A stretch of DNA of 64,000 nt, from positions 45,437 to 109,436 of the forward strand of contig CAWCJE010000004.1 of assembly GCA_963795685.1 (NCBI GenBank), in the 5' to 3' direction. Positions 38,987-50,473 of the stretch are shown in pieces (the stretch's first letter is position 1; each line of letters starts with the position of its first letter). The notes beneath the pieces were generated by a model, which saw only the letters and a program-made list of their open reading frames with translations, made no database searches and was not told where the DNA came from. The DNA comes from an uncultured Gammaproteobacteria bacterium. GTDB taxonomy: Bacteria; Pseudomonadota; Gammaproteobacteria; Steroidobacterales; Steroidobacteraceae. The translations under genes were made by a program, and so were the position numbers.

Positions 38987-39677
38987 TCAGAGGTCCGACG
39001 GCGGGACGGCCCCGGTGGCGCGGGTGTGCCAGCGTACCGCACGGACGGTCGGCATCCTGGCCAATTCATCGGCGGACCCGTTCACGATAGGTGCCCGCGC
39101 TTACCAGCTGCAGGTGTTCAAGATCGGCGCGGCTGTTGCCGTAGGCATGGCTGTATAGCGGACCGCGCTCGCTCAGCAGCATTTGAACGCAGCGCGCCTT
39201 TTCCGATCCGCGGCGGTTGGCGGAAATGAGCGTCCCCTCGAGTCTGGAGTCGCTATGCCAACGCAGTTGCGTACATATGCACTCATCGAACCCCAAGACT
39301 TTGGCAATGACAGGCACGTACAGATCAGGACTGGCCGAGAGCAATACCAAGTACGTCCGCTCGCGTCTGTGCACTGCGATGCAGGTCAGCGCTTCAGCAT
39401 AAAGGCCGCCGCGCAAGAGGCGGGCGGTAAACTCTGTGCTCCATGCGCTCAGCTCTGCGCGCGAAATCCCGCCCAGAGTCGAGTGAATTACAGCGCCCTT
39501 AAGAGCCCCCCGATCGCGGGGACCGCACACAAACCGTATCAATGGGACGATGCACAGGGCAAGACGCCACCAGCGCGCCGGGTGGCGCCACAGGAATCCT
39601 GCGATGTACGGGCACAACGTATCGTGACGCGTGATCGTGCCATCGAGGTCAAAAACCGCGAGCGTGTTCTCGGGCAC
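38987..39677 (-). CDS. HAD-IB family hydrolase (probable frame break near 39078)
   Basis: Motif I is FDLDGTIT. The listed ORF (39066..39677) ends ...GTYRERVRR. The adjacent frame continues VNGSADELARMPTVRAVRW... to the stop at 38987, which fits the family C-terminus better. Confidence 0.6.
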
Positions 39678-39693
39678 CGGGCCGCGCCCTGGC

Positions 39694-42399
39694 TCAGGCC
39701 GCTTTGCCGCTCACTACCAGCTGGCGCAACACGTATTGCAGGATCCCGCCATGCTGGAAGTACTGGCGCTCCTTGGGGGTGTCGATACGCACTCTTGCCT
39801 CGAAGCGAATCGGCTCTCCAGAGCCCGCAGCGGCCACGACCGTGACGGTCTTGGCCACGCCCTGTTGGAGGCCCTGGATCTCAAAGACTTCCTTGCCCGT
39901 GAGGCCCAGGGACTGCGCGCTCGCCCCGGCAGGAAACTGCAGCGGCAGGACGCCCATGCCGATGAGATTGGACCGGTGGATGCGTTCAAAGCTCTCAGCG
40001 ATGACCGCACGCACCCCCAGCAGCATCGTGCCCTTGGCCGCCCAATCGCGCGAGGAACCGGTGCCGTATTCCTTGCCGGCCAGGATGATCAATGGAGTGT
40101 TCTCCGACTTATAGCGCATGGCGGCGTCATAAATGCTCATGGCCTCACCGCTCGGGATGTGGGTTGTGACCCCGCCTTCGGTGCCCGGCAGCAGCAGATT
40201 GTGCAGTCGGATATTGGCGAACGTGCCGCGCATCATCACTTCGTGATTGCCGCGGCGTGCTCCGTACTGATTGAAATCCTGCGGCTGCACGCCTTGCGCT
40301 ACCAGATATTTGGCGGCCGGGCTGCCCTGAGCGATATTGCCGGCCGGCGAGATGTGATCAGTCGTGACCGAATCACCCAGCAAGGCCAGCACCCGCGCGC
40401 CTCGGATCTCACCGAGCAGCGCCGGCTGCATCGTCATGCCTTCAAAGTAGGGCGGGTTCTTCACGTAGGTTGATCTCTCGTCCCAGGAATACACGGTGCC
40501 GGCCGGAACCTTTATGGACTGCCAACGCTCGTCGCCGTCGTAAACGCTGGCATAACTACGGCGGAACATTTCAGAGTTGATGTTCCGGTGCACGCAATCG
40601 GCGATTTCCTTAGGGGCGGGCCAAAGATCTTTGAGGAATACCGGCTTGCCATCGCTGCCGGTGCCGAGCGGTTCGGTATTAAGGTCAAGATCGAGCGTTC
40701 CGGCCAGTGCGTAGGCGACCACGAGCGGTGGTGAGGCTAAGAAATTCATTTTGACTTCCGGATGCACACGGCCGTCAAAGTTGCGGTTCCCCGACAATAC
40801 CGCGCAGCCAATCAGGTCTCCGGATCGGACAGCGGCGGAAATTTCCGGCTTGAGCGGCCCGGAATTGCCAATACAGGTGGTGCAGCCGTAACCCACGAGG
40901 TTAAAGCCGATGCCGGCAAGCTCATCCAGCAACGCGGCTTTGCTCAGGTAGTCGGTGACCACTCGCGAGCCGGGTGCGAGGCTGGTCTTGACCCAAGGCT
41001 GTGCAGTAAGTCCCCGCCGGCGGGCATTGCGGGCCAGCAGACCTGCGGCGATGAGCACGTCGGGGTTGGAAGTATTGGTGCAACTGGTTATGGCCGCGAT
41101 TAGCACCGATCCGTCCTTGACGGAAAAGCGTTTGCCGTCCACTTCGACAGGCATCGATCCGGCGGCGTCCGGTTTACTCCTGGCGCGCTCGGTGGCCATT
41201 TTCTTGTGGTACATCTCGTACGTGCTCTTGGCAGCGCGTAGTGGCACTCGATCCTGAGGGCGACTCGGACCCGCCAGACTCGGCTCGACCTCATTGAGGT
41301 CCAGTTCGAGTACCGCGCTGTAGTCTGCGCCGCGCGCGCCCTGGACGCGCCACAGTCCGGTGTGCTTGGCGTAGGCTTCGATCAACGCGACATGCTCAGC
41401 CGGACGCCCTGACAGGCGCAGGTAACGAAGCGTCTCTTCATCAATCGGGAAAATCGCGCAGGTGCTTCCGAATTCCGGCGACATGTTGCCGATCGTGGCC
41501 CGGTCGGCGAGCGGAAGATTGGCCAGGCCGTCGCCAAAAAACTCGACGAACTTATCGACCACACCCTGCCGGCGCAGCATCTCGGTGACCGTGAGCACCA
41601 GATCGGTGGCGGTCGCTCCGGCTCGCAGGCTGCCGTTGAGCTTGAAACCGACCACTTCCGGAATCAGCATCGTAATCGGCTGTCCCAGCATGGCCGCCTC
41701 GGCCTCGATGCCGCCCACTCCCCAGCCCAAAACGCCGAGCCCGTTGATCATCGTGGTATGTGAATCCGTGCCGACGAGCGTATCCGGGTAGGCCTGACGC
41801 ACGCCATCGGTCGCGACGTCAAACACGACGCGACCCAAGAATTCGAGATTGACTTGGTGCACGATACCCGTGTTGGGTGGAACCACTTTGAAATTGCGGA
41901 AGGCGCTCTGACCCCAGCGAAGAAAGGCGTAGCGCTCGCCGTTGCGCTCGAATTCGATGCGGTTGTTGGCGGCCAGTGCCTTGGCAGTACCGTACTCGTC
42001 CACCTGTACCGAATGGTCAATGACCAGTTCAGCGGGCGCTAGCGGGTTGACCTGCTCGGCATTGCCTCCCAAGCGCGTGATCGCTTCACGCATCGCGGCC
42101 AAATCGACCACGCAAGGCACGCCCGTAAAGTCCTGCATGATCACGCGAGCGGGAGTAAAGGAAATCTCGTATGTGGGTTGCGCCTTGGGATCCCAGTTGA
42201 GAAGTGCTTCGATGTCCGAGCGGGTCACGTTGACGCCATCTTCGAAGCGAAGCAGATTTTCCAACAGGATTTTCAACGCGTAGGGGAGCCGCGCCACACG
42301 CTCGGCGCCCAATGCCGCAATGTTGAAAATCTGGTAATTCGCGCCCGCCAAATTAACTATTGAGCGCGCCTTGAAGCTGTCAGTCATACCGGGCTCCAC
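39694..42399 (-). CDS. acnA: aconitate hydratase A
   Basis: 901 aa and intact. [43 protein letters not shown] and DHISPAG motifs are present. The start may be the MTDSF at 42387. Confidence 0.9.
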   Translation of the reverse strand: MEPGMTDSFKARSIVNLAGANYQIFNIAALGAERVARLPYALKILLENLLRFEDGVNVTRSDIEALLNWDPKAQPTYEISFTPARVIMQDFTGVPCVVDLAAMREAITRLGGNAEQVNPLAPAELVIDHSVQVDEYGTAKALAANNRIEFERNGERYAFLRWGQSAFRNFKVVPPNTGIVHQVNLEFLGRVVFDVATDGVRQAYPDTLVGTDSHTTMINGLGVLGWGVGGIEAEAAMLGQPITMLIPEVVGFKLNGSLRAGATATDLVLTVTEMLRRQGVVDKFVEFFGDGLANLPLADRATIGNMSPEFGSTCAIFPIDEETLRYLRLSGRPAEHVALIEAYAKHTGLWRVQGARGADYSAVLELDLNEVEPSLAGPSRPQDRVPLRAAKSTYEMYHKKMATERARSKPDAAGSMPVEVDGKRFSVKDGSVLIAAITSCTNTSNPDVLIAAGLLARNARRRGLTAQPWVKTSLAPGSRVVTDYLSKAALLDELAGIGFNLVGYGCTTCIGNSGPLKPEISAAVRSGDLIGCAVLSGNRNFDGRVHPEVKMNFLASPPLVVAYALAGTLDLDLNTEPLGTGSDGKPVFLKDLWPAPKEIADCVHRNINSEMFRRSYASVYDGDERWQSIKVPAGTVYSWDERSTYVKNPPYFEGMTMQPALLGEIRGARVLALLGDSVTTDHISPAGNIAQGSPAAKYLVAQGVQPQDFNQYGARRGNHEVMMRGTFANIRLHNLLLPGTEGGVTTHIPSGEAMSIYDAAMRYKSENTPLIILAGKEYGTGSSRDWAAKGTMLLGVRAVIAESFERIHRSNLIGMGVLPLQFPAGASAQSLGLTGKEVFEIQGLQQGVAKTVTVVAAAGSGEPIRFEARVRIDTPKERQYFQHGGILQYVLRQLVVSGKAA

Positions 42400-42435
42400 T
42401 TGGAATCGAATTGGGCGGATCTTCTTAGCCCACCA

Positions 42436-43521
42436 TTATAAGGATTCCTCTATCACGCTGCCGCCCAGGCAGCGATCTCGCAGGTATATTGCCGCGGTCT
42501 GGCCCGGTGTTACGGCCCACTGCGGCGTCTCAAAGCGGATGTGCACGCTGCCGTCGGGCAGGCACTCGACAGTCGCGGATTGATCCGGTTGCCGATAGCG
42601 GACCTTAATCGAGGCTTCGAATGACCCTGCGGGAGGATCGCTCAGCCAGTTCATCACGCCGGTGCGGGCCATTTGCGCCGTTGCGGCGGCCCGATCGCGC
42701 GCGGCCACGACAATCAGGGCGTTGCGCTCCGGATCCTTGCGCGCGACATACCAGGGATCGCCACTACCACCACGGATCCCGCCGATCTCCAGGCCACCCC
42801 GCTGGCCGAGCGTGTAGAACGGCAGGCCACGGTGCTGTCCAAGGACCTGGCCCGTGGAAGTTTCAATCGGCCCAGGGCTTTCTGGCAGGTAGCGAGCCAG
42901 GAACTCGGTGAACGGGCGCTCTCCTATAAAACAGATGCCTGTGCTGTCGGGCTTGTTGTACACCGGCAATCCGGCGCGCTGGGCCCGCGCCCGCACCTCA
43001 GTCTTGGTGAACTCCCCCAGCGGGAACATCACTCTGCTGAACTTTGTGCGCTGCACTCCGCACAGGAAGTAGGATTGATCCTTGGCGGTATCGCTGCCTC
43101 GCAGCAGCACCGGCCCGGACTCACTGGAAGTGACCCGCGCGTAATGCCCAGTCGCGAAGAAATCTGCACCCAGGCGTTGGGCGTAGGCCTGGCAGATGCC
43201 AAATTTTATTTCGCGATTGCACAGCACGTCCGGATTGGGCGTGCGCCCGCGACGATATTCGGCAAGGAACTGCCCGAAAACCTGTTGCTGATATTCAAGG
43301 GCAAAGCTGACTCGGTGCAGGACGATGCCCAGTTCGCGCGCGGTGGCGCGCGCGTCCTGATAATCCTGGGCACTGGTGCAATAGCTGTCTTCATCGTCCC
43401 AGTTGCTCATGAACAGTCCGTGCACCTCGTGCCCAGCTTCAATGAGCTCCAGTGCGGCTACCGAGGAATCGACTCCACCGGATAGTCCGACTACGACGCG
43501 GGTTGTATTTGCCGCAGGCAT
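42436..43521 (-). CDS. mnmA: tRNA 2-thiouridine(34) synthase
   Basis: PP-loop VVGLSGGVDSSVAA, plus NPDVLCNREIKFG. Confidence 0.9.
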   Translation of the reverse strand: MPAANTTRVVVGLSGGVDSSVAALELIEAGHEVHGLFMSNWDDEDSYCTSAQDYQDARATARELGIVLHRVSFALEYQQQVFGQFLAEYRRGRTPNPDVLCNREIKFGICQAYAQRLGADFFATGHYARVTSSESGPVLLRGSDTAKDQSYFLCGVQRTKFSRVMFPLGEFTKTEVRARAQRAGLPVYNKPDSTGICFIGERPFTEFLARYLPESPGPIETSTGQVLGQHRGLPFYTLGQRGGLEIGGIRGGSGDPWYVARKDPERNALIVVAARDRAAATAQMARTGVMNWLSDPPAGSFEASIKVRYRQPDQSATVECLPDGSVHIRFETPQWAVTPGQTAAIYLRDRCLGGSVIEESL

Positions 43522-43529
43522 TCGTCGAC

Positions 43530-43979
43530 CTAGACCGGCGGATCGTTGATGGCCGACAGGGGCAGGCGGCGTCCGGCGAGATAGTCATCGATACAGCGCA
43601 CCACAATCGGAGTACGCAGGGTACGCCCTGGCACTAGCAGCTCGTCGCGGCGTAACCAGTGAGTGGCAATGACCGGGGCATCCAGCGGCCGGGCGGGTTC
43701 GTGGGCATGGACACGCCCGGTGAATGCAAACCTGAGATTGGTGCGCTGGGTGGCGGGCGAACGCCAAGGATAGATGCCCAACAGCCACTCGGGTTCAAAA
43801 TGCCAGGCGGTTTCCTCCAGGGTCTCGCGAATCACAGCGGCCAATAGCGTTTCGGCCGCCTCCACGCGCCCGGCCGGCTGATTGAACACGCGGTAGCCCC
43901 GGATAACTTCTTCGACCAGCAGGAATTTGCCTTCCGTCTCGACAACGGCAGCAACCGTTATGCTTGGCCTCCAGCTCAT
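43530..43979 (-). CDS. NUDIX hydrolase
   Basis: Nudix box PAGRVEAAETLLAAVIRETLEETAW. Confidence 0.8.
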   Translation of the reverse strand: MSWRPSITVAAVVETEGKFLLVEEVIRGYRVFNQPAGRVEAAETLLAAVIRETLEETAWHFEPEWLLGIYPWRSPATQRTNLRFAFTGRVHAHEPARPLDAPVIATHWLRRDELLVPGRTLRTPIVVRCIDDYLAGRRLPLSAINDPPV

Positions 43980-44043
43980 ACGATCAGTATACGATTCAAC
44001 GCCGAAGCCTGCGGGGCAGGCAGGCGGCCGCCCGCGTCGGGAT

Positions 44044-44073
44044 CAGGGACCGATCGGAATCCCTGGTTTTTGG
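44044..44073 (+). terminator. orphan intrinsic-terminator-like hairpin on the + strand
   Basis: CAGGGA(44044-44049)...TCCCTG(44060-44065), with an inner CC/GG extension, followed by GTTTTTGG. Both flanking genes are on the - strand. Confidence 0.3.
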
Positions 44074-44227
44074 CAGTACGCACAGCGATGGCCCACATCC
44101 GAGCGATGGGGGATGTACCGAGTCCTGACCCGGCCGGGGCATCGTCAGGCGCGGATCCAGGTCAGGTGAACCCGCCCGATGGCGCGATCAGCGCCGGCAG
44201 GCCACATGCACTTGCGCGCAGCCGGCG

Positions 44228-44854
44228 CTAACGCATCCGTGCGGCGCGCTGGTGATGCTGGTCGTGGCTGGCCAGCCACGCCGCATCGAATTCCTGCAGG
44301 TATTGCCGGGCGACCGGGGGGCTGTTCACCGCGGCGATTCCATCCCAACGGTCCGATCGCATCCGATACACGATGCCCCGGTCATCAGCGATGCAGTAGG
44401 AGGCGGTCAGATGGTGAAACTGCGGTACCAAAATGCGCAGTTCCAGGTAACTGGTCAGGCGACGTGCCATCGACATGAAGCGGCTGCCGGATCCGGTGTA
44501 GCGCGTGTGATCGCGCAACAGCACGCGCACCTTCGCGAAACTGTGGCTCAGCACAAAGCGTTTGATCACTTCGATGACGCGCGGGTCATCGTAAAGCGTG
44601 GGTTCCAGGTCCGGAGTGAATATCGATATCAGACGCTGGCCGGTCGCCACGACCGCGGCGGTGGTCTGGCGGACCTCCGCTACGCTCGTCAACACCTGCA
44701 GCTCGTCGGCTGCCGGCATCGGCATGGCCAGGATTACCGGCTGCGCGGGTCGCTCGGCCGCGGCGAGGCTTTCGAGCCATGCCTCGGTCGTCGAACTGTG
44801 CTTTTTGGTCTTGGCCACGCCGCTCGCCTCGATGCTCTTGATTCGCACAGGCAT
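44228..44854 (-). CDS. conserved-looking hypothetical protein (208 aa)
   Basis: Intact ORF between purB and the NUDIX gene. No diagnostic motif was found. The C-terminal two-thirds has an alternating strand/helix pattern vaguely like a degenerate PLD-like fold (no HKD). Confidence 0.35.
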   Translation of the reverse strand: MPVRIKSIEASGVAKTKKHSSTTEAWLESLAAAERPAQPVILAMPMPAADELQVLTSVAEVRQTTAAVVATGQRLISIFTPDLEPTLYDDPRVIEVIKRFVLSHSFAKVRVLLRDHTRYTGSGSRFMSMARRLTSYLELRILVPQFHHLTASYCIADDRGIVYRMRSDRWDGIAAVNSPPVARQYLQEFDAAWLASHDQHHQRAARMR

Positions 44855-45011
44855 GGTAAGAACAGGGCGGGCTCGTGCGAGTCGAACGGATCACGCTCGT
44901 CGGCTCCCGCACTGTGACGGAGGCCGCAGTTCTGCGGAGCAGCGGCGAAGGAAACGGATGAATTTATGGCGGTTCGTGAGCCGAAGCTGCGAATTGGGCG
45001 GCCGTGATCCT

Positions 45012-46387
45012 TCAGTCGGGAAGATCCAGGGCAAGTTCGGCCGCGAGGCCCACATAGTCAGCAGGTCGCAGTGCTGCCAGGCGAGTTCGCTCGGATTCCG
45101 GCAAAGGAAGTCCGCCAACAAACTTACGCAACGCCGCGGCGTCGATCGTCGCCCCGCGCGTGAAGTTCTTGAGTAATTCGTACCCGTTGGGTACACCGTG
45201 AGCTCGCAGTACCGTCTGCAGCGCCTCGCCGAGCACTTCCCAGGACTGCTCGAGATCACGAGCGCACGCCTCGGCATCGACGCCGAGCTTGTCCAGGCCC
45301 GCCTGCAACGCGCGCCAGGCAATAAGCGTATGAGCAAGCGCCACCCCGACATTGCGAAGCACGGTGGAATCACTCAGGTCTCGCTGCCAGCGAGAGATCG
45401 GCAATTTGTCCGAGAAATGCCGCAGCAGCGCATTGGCCACTCCAAGATTTCCCTCGGCGTTTTCAAAATCGATCGGATTTATCTTGTGCGGCATGGTCGA
45501 GGAGCCCACTTCGCCTGCGATCGCGCGCTGGCGCAGATATCCCAGAGAGATGTAGCCCCAGGTGTCGCGACACAGATCAATCAGAATGACGTTGATGGCG
45601 GCGCACGCATCGGAGTATTCCGCAATCCAATCGTGCGGTTCGATCTGGGTGGTATAGGCGTTGCAACGCAGATTCTGGCTGACCACGAATTGGCGGCTTA
45701 TTGCGCGCCAGTCCATGCCTGGCAGCGGCCGCGTGGTGGGCGTTGAAGTTACCAACCGCGCCGTTCCATTTGCCCAGAATCTCAACGGCGGATAGTCGTG
45801 CCAGCGCGCGCTGCAGGCGTGCGGCAACGTTTGCGTATTCCTTGCCCAGGGTGGTCGGGCTGGCGGTTTGGCCGTGAGTGCGCGCCAACATCGGCACGCG
45901 CGCGTGCAGCCGCGCAAAGTCGCGCAAAGCGCCCGTCAGTTGCGTGAGCTCCGGCACCAGCACCTGAGACCGGGCCTGACCCATCAAACGCGCGTAGCTC
46001 AGATTATTGACGTCCTCCGAGGTGCACCCAAAGTGCACCAACTCGAGCGTCGCTGGACTCGCGCCGGCCGCCGCCAGCTCTTGACGGACGTAATATTCCA
46101 CCGCCTTCACATCGTGCTTGATGCGCGATTCGATCTCCTTGACCGCAATGGCGGCGCCCGTTCCCGGATCACGGGCCAGCGCCTCTGCGCGCGCCCGGGT
46201 CTGCGCTGATAGCGCGGCGCCCGGAAGCTGGGCCGCCGAGCGCGAGAGCTCCAGCAGCCACAGGGATTCGATGCGAATGCGCTCGTTGATCAGTCCGGCT
46301 TCGGCAAATAGTGCCCGCAGCGGCTCTGCCGCTGCTCGCGTACCGCCCATCGATGGGTGAAATGGCCAGCAGGCGGGTTTGGTCCAT
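45012..46387 (-). pseudogene. purB: adenylosuccinate lyase, frame broken twice
   Basis: MDQTRLLAISPIDGRYA / AEPLRALFAEAGL...HFGCTSEDVNNLSYA...GKWNGAVGNFNAHHAA / LPGMDWRAIS...YTTQIEPHD...GSSTMPHKINPIDFEN. Breaks are near 46333 and 45727. Confidence 0.85.
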
Positions 46388-46482
46388 GCAGTAGGCTACG
46401 CGCGAGGTTAGAATCCCAATTGTAGCGCGTTACCCGCGGTGGCGCGGAACCGCTCCTTGCGATCACCGGAGTTGGGGATATC

Positions 46483-47891
46483 ATGAACTCAGGCGGATTT
46501 CGGCTGGAACACGACAGCATGGGCGAACTCAAGGTGCCCCAGGACGCGCTGTGGGGTGCGCAGACCCAGCGAGCCATAGATAATTTTCCGATCAGCGGCC
46601 GCCCTCTGCCGCGCGCCTTCATACGCGCGCTGGCACTCATCAAGCAGGCCAGCGCGCAGGCCAATGCCGAGCTGGGACTTCTGGATGGTTCGCTGGCGAA
46701 GGCTGATCGGCGCTGCGGCCGCCGAGGTCGCTGGCGGGCGCGCACGATCGCCATTTTCCGATCGATGTGTTCCAGACCGGCTCTGGAACCAGCAGCAACA
46801 TGAACGCCAACGAGGTGATTGCGCGCCTGGCGGCGCGCACCGCGCCCGATGTGCATCCGAACGACCACGTCAACATGGGTCAGAGCAGCAATGATGTGAT
46901 CCCTTCGGCGATTCACGTCAGCGCCGCACTGCTGTTGCGCGAGAATCTCCTGCCGGCGCTGGAACATCTTGCAGGCGCGATTGGGGTCGCGCGAGGCCGA
47001 GAGCGGCGATATCGTCAAGACGGGACGAACGCACCTGATGGATGCCATGCCGGTTACCTTGGCGCAGGAACTTTCGGGCTGGCGCACTCAGATCGAAAAT
47101 GGCGCCGCGCGGCTGCGCGCGACCGAGCCGCGCTTGTTGTGCCTGGCTCAGGGCGGCACCGCGGTAGGCACGGGAATCAATGCTGATCCGCGCTTTGCGG
47201 AGGCTTGTTGTCGGGCGCTGAGCAAGCTGTCGGGAATCGAATTCAAACCCAGCCGAAATTATTTCGAAGCGATGTCCACGCAGGACACGGCGGTTGAACT
47301 GTCCGGTCAGCTCAAGGTGGTGGCGGTGAGCCTGATGAAGATTGCCAACGATCTGCGGTGGATGAACAGCGGACCGCTGGCAGGGCTTGCCGAGATCGAG
47401 TTGCCCGCGCTTCAGCCTGGCAGCAGCATCATGCCGGGCAAAGTCAATCCGGTGATTGCCGAGGCGGTCACCATGGTGGCGGCGCGAGGTCGATTGGCAA
47501 TGACCTGACAATCACCGTGGCCGGACAGTCCGGTAACTTCCAGCTCAACGTCATGTTGCCGGTGATCGCATGGAACCTGCTCGAGAGCATTCGTCTGCTG
47601 GGCAATGTCTCGCGCCTGCTGGCCGACAGCGCCATCGCGGGCTTTAAGGTCAACCGCGCTCGACTGGCCGAGGCACTGGAGCGCAACCCGATTCTGGTGA
47701 CGGCTCTCAATCCGGTCATCGGCTATGAGAAAGGCGCGGCCATTGCCAAGCGCGCATACAAGGAGGGCAAGGCGATCCGAGAAGTGGCCGCTGCCATGAC
47801 CGACTTGCCGGCCGAGCAGCTCGCGCAACTTCTCGATCCCGCGGAGCTGACCAAGGGTGGCATCAAGGGCGGCAACAGCGGAGGCGGCTAG
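46483..47891 (+). pseudogene. fumC: class II fumarate hydratase, frame broken 4 times
   Basis: [21 protein letters not shown] / [11 protein letters not shown] / [18 protein letters not shown]...GQSSNDV / [20 protein letters not shown]...GSSIMPGKVNP / GNDLTITVAGQSGNFQLNV. Breaks are near 46705, 46739, 46985 (GGGG run) and 47489. Confidence 0.85.
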
Positions 47892-47894
47892 CGC

Positions 47895-48526
47895 GTGGCA
47901 TTGCCCACGAACTGGCTAGAGCGACTTCGCCATGGTCTGGCGGCCGCGCCCAACCACGATCCGGAGCTCTGGCAGATCGCCGGCCAGCCCCTGTCCGCAT
48001 TCGCGGGCGTGCGCGCCGCGATGACCGAGACGCCGCGGGCTGCGGCGGTCCTGGTACCGATCATCGACCGCGCTGGACTCGCCGACCTTGCTGATGACCA
48101 CGCGCGCCGGGCACCTGCGTCAGCACGCGGGGCAGATCAGTTTTCCGGGCGGTGGAATCGAAGCCGAGCGACGATGATGTCCTGGGAGCCGCGTTGCGCG
48201 AGACCGAGGAGGAAATCGGCATCGATTCGAGCTTCGTCCAGCCTTTGGGATTTCTGCCCGATCAGATTGTACTGACAGGGTTCCGCATTACGCCCGTCGT
48301 GGCTTTGGTGCGCCCGGGCTTCGAGCTGCGCGTAGACACACGCGAAGTGGCAGAGGTATTTGAGATTCCGCTCGAATACTTAAGTGATGCGGGAAACTTC
48401 CACTCAACGCGCCGGACATTGCGCGGGGTGGAGATCACATTGAATGATCTGCATTTTGAGGGCCGCGTGGTCTGGGGCGCGACGGCGGGAATGCTGCAGA
48501 TGCTGCGCGCGGTGCTTCTGGAATGA
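47895..48526 (+). pseudogene. NUDIX CoA pyrophosphatase-like (NudL type), frame broken twice
   Basis: TLLMTTRAGHLRQHAGQISFPGGGIE is in a middle frame. DDDVLGAALRETEEEIGI (Nudix box) is in ORF 48152..48526. Breaks are near 48078 and 48165. Confidence 0.7.
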
Positions 48527-49332
48527 GCATGAGCACGGCAGCTCGCACAACTTGAAGCTTTGCTGCAGCTTATGCGCCCAACTGCGTGATCCGGATGGCG
48601 GTTGCCCCTGGGACCGCGCGCAGACCCTGGCGACGATTGCTCCGCATACTATAGAAGAGGCCTACGAAGTGGCCGATGCGATCTCCTCCGGAGAGCCGGC
48701 GCGTATTCGGGATGAATTAGGCGACCTGCTGTTCCAGGTGTTGCTGCACTCGCAACTGGCCCAGGAGAAGGGCTGGTTTGGTTTCTCCGACAGTCGCGGC
48801 GGGCCTGCACGATAAGCTGGTGCGCCGTCACCCGCACGTGTTCGGTGGCAAGACATTTGCCAATCGGCGAGGTCCTGGCGCGCGAGTGGGACTCCCAGAA
48901 GGCCGCGGAGCGTTCCGCGGCGGGGCTGGGCGGAGCGTTGGCCGGGGTGCCTAAGGCGCTGCCGGCATTGATTCGTGCCGCCAAGCTCGGTCGACGGGCG
49001 GCCGGCGCCGGATTTGACTGGCCGAATGAAGGCGCGGTGCGGCCCAAGATCGCCGAGGAACTGCGCGAGACTGAGGTGGCACTGGCTTCACGAGGACTCG
49101 GCGGCTGTGGCCGAGGAACTCGGTGACACCTTGTTTGCGCTGGTCAACTGGGCGCGGATGCTGCATGTGGACCCGGAAGCAGCACTGCGCGGCGCCAACG
49201 CGAAATTCGAACGCCGTTTCGCGGCCATGGAAGCGATGATTGCAGCGCGCGGGCTCTCCGCTAAAGTCGCTGTCGGCCGAGAGCTGGGACGAGCTATGGA
49301 ATGAAGTCAAGGCGGCCGAACAACACGGATAG
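48523..49332 (+). pseudogene. mazG: nucleoside triphosphate pyrophosphohydrolase MazG, frame broken about 6 times
   Basis: [99 protein letters not shown] and [15 protein letters not shown] occur in successive frames. Confidence 0.75.
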
Positions 49333-49460
49333 CGCGCTCGGGCGAATCTGAGGTTAAGGGTCCGTTCAGGCGCGCACTGGCATCCTTGCAGTAGGGGCTA
49401 CTAAGATGTCATGGCCGCCGCGCGGATTGCTTACGCGGTGGCTGTTTGACTGGAGCGTAC

Positions 49461-49772
49461 ATGCGCAAGACTTTAGTTGTCCTCGGCCCGGCTATGAGCC
49501 TGCTGTCCTCTCTGGTCTGGAGCGGACCGCCACCGCGGACCGAGTGCACTCGGATATGTCGATCCCGGGCACGCACACGAGAACGGACAGCGGTGTCAGC
49601 CAGGAGCAAATCATCGAGTCGGTGCAGAAGCGATATAACGCGAAGGTGGTGCGCGTCACTGAAACCCAGTGTCGATGGCCGCCCGGCTCTGAGATTGCGA
49701 TTGCTGTCGGCGCAGCGGGTTTGGAACGTGGTTGTTGATGCCAGTTCCGGCCGGGTTCTGTCGGGGGGCTGA
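49461..49772 (+). pseudogene. small secreted PepSY-domain protein, frame broken twice
   Basis: Signal peptide MRKTLVVLGPAMSLLSSLVWS (frame 0). SQEQIIESVQKRYNAKVVRVTETQ (frame 2). VDGRPALRLRLLSAQRVWNVVVDASSGRVL (frame 0). Its stop overlaps the response-regulator ATG. Confidence 0.5.
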
Positions 49773-50461
49773 TGCGCATTCTGGTCGTCGAGGACGAGAC
49801 GGCGCTGCGCGAATCTCTCAAGCATGATCTAAGCGCCGCCGGCCACGCGGTCGACGTCGCCGCCGACGGCGAGGAAGGATTGTACGCGGCGCTCGAATAC
49901 CCGATCGACGTGGCCATCGTTGATCTGGGTCTGCCCAAAATCAGCGGCCTGGACATCATTCGCCGACTCCGCGCTGCGGGTAAGAGTTATGCGGTACTGG
50001 TTCTCACGGCACGGGACAGCTGGCAGGACAAGGTCGAAGGTCTGAGCGCCGGCGCCGATGACTACGTGGCCAAGCCTTTCCATTTGGCGGAATTGCAGGC
50101 GCGCCTCAGCGCCTTGCTGCGCAGGGCGGGCGGCTGGACGACTCCGCTCCTGCAGTGCGGACCCGTGACGCTCGACACGCGGGCCCAGGCGGTGGCAGTG
50201 GGCGGTGTGCCGGTCGAACTCACCAGTTTTGAGTATCGGCTGCTCGAGCACCTGATGCTGCACGCCGGTGAGGTGGTTTCCAAGACCGAGCTCACCGAGA
50301 AGCTCTACGAACAGGATTATGAGAGGGACAGCAATGTAATCGAGGTGTTGGTGGCGCGACTGCGTCGCAAGCTCGATCCCAACGATGAGCTCAAGCCCAT
50401 CGAGACGCTTCGTGGTCGCGGCTATCGCGTCGTGTTGACGCGCGGCGCACCGGGTCCGTAG
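49772..50461 (+). CDS. OmpR/PhoP-family response regulator
   Basis: Receiver MRILVVEDE...VDLGLP...LVLTARD and a winged-helix output ...IETLRGRGYRV. It is intact. Confidence 0.9.
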   Translation: MRILVVEDETALRESLKHDLSAAGHAVDVAADGEEGLYAALEYPIDVAIVDLGLPKISGLDIIRRLRAAGKSYAVLVLTARDSWQDKVEGLSAGADDYVAKPFHLAELQARLSALLRRAGGWTTPLLQCGPVTLDTRAQAVAVGGVPVELTSFEYRLLEHLMLHAGEVVSKTELTEKLYEQDYERDSNVIEVLVARLRRKLDPNDELKPIETLRGRGYRVVLTRGAPGP

Positions 50462-50473
50462 GCGCCGCAGCCC

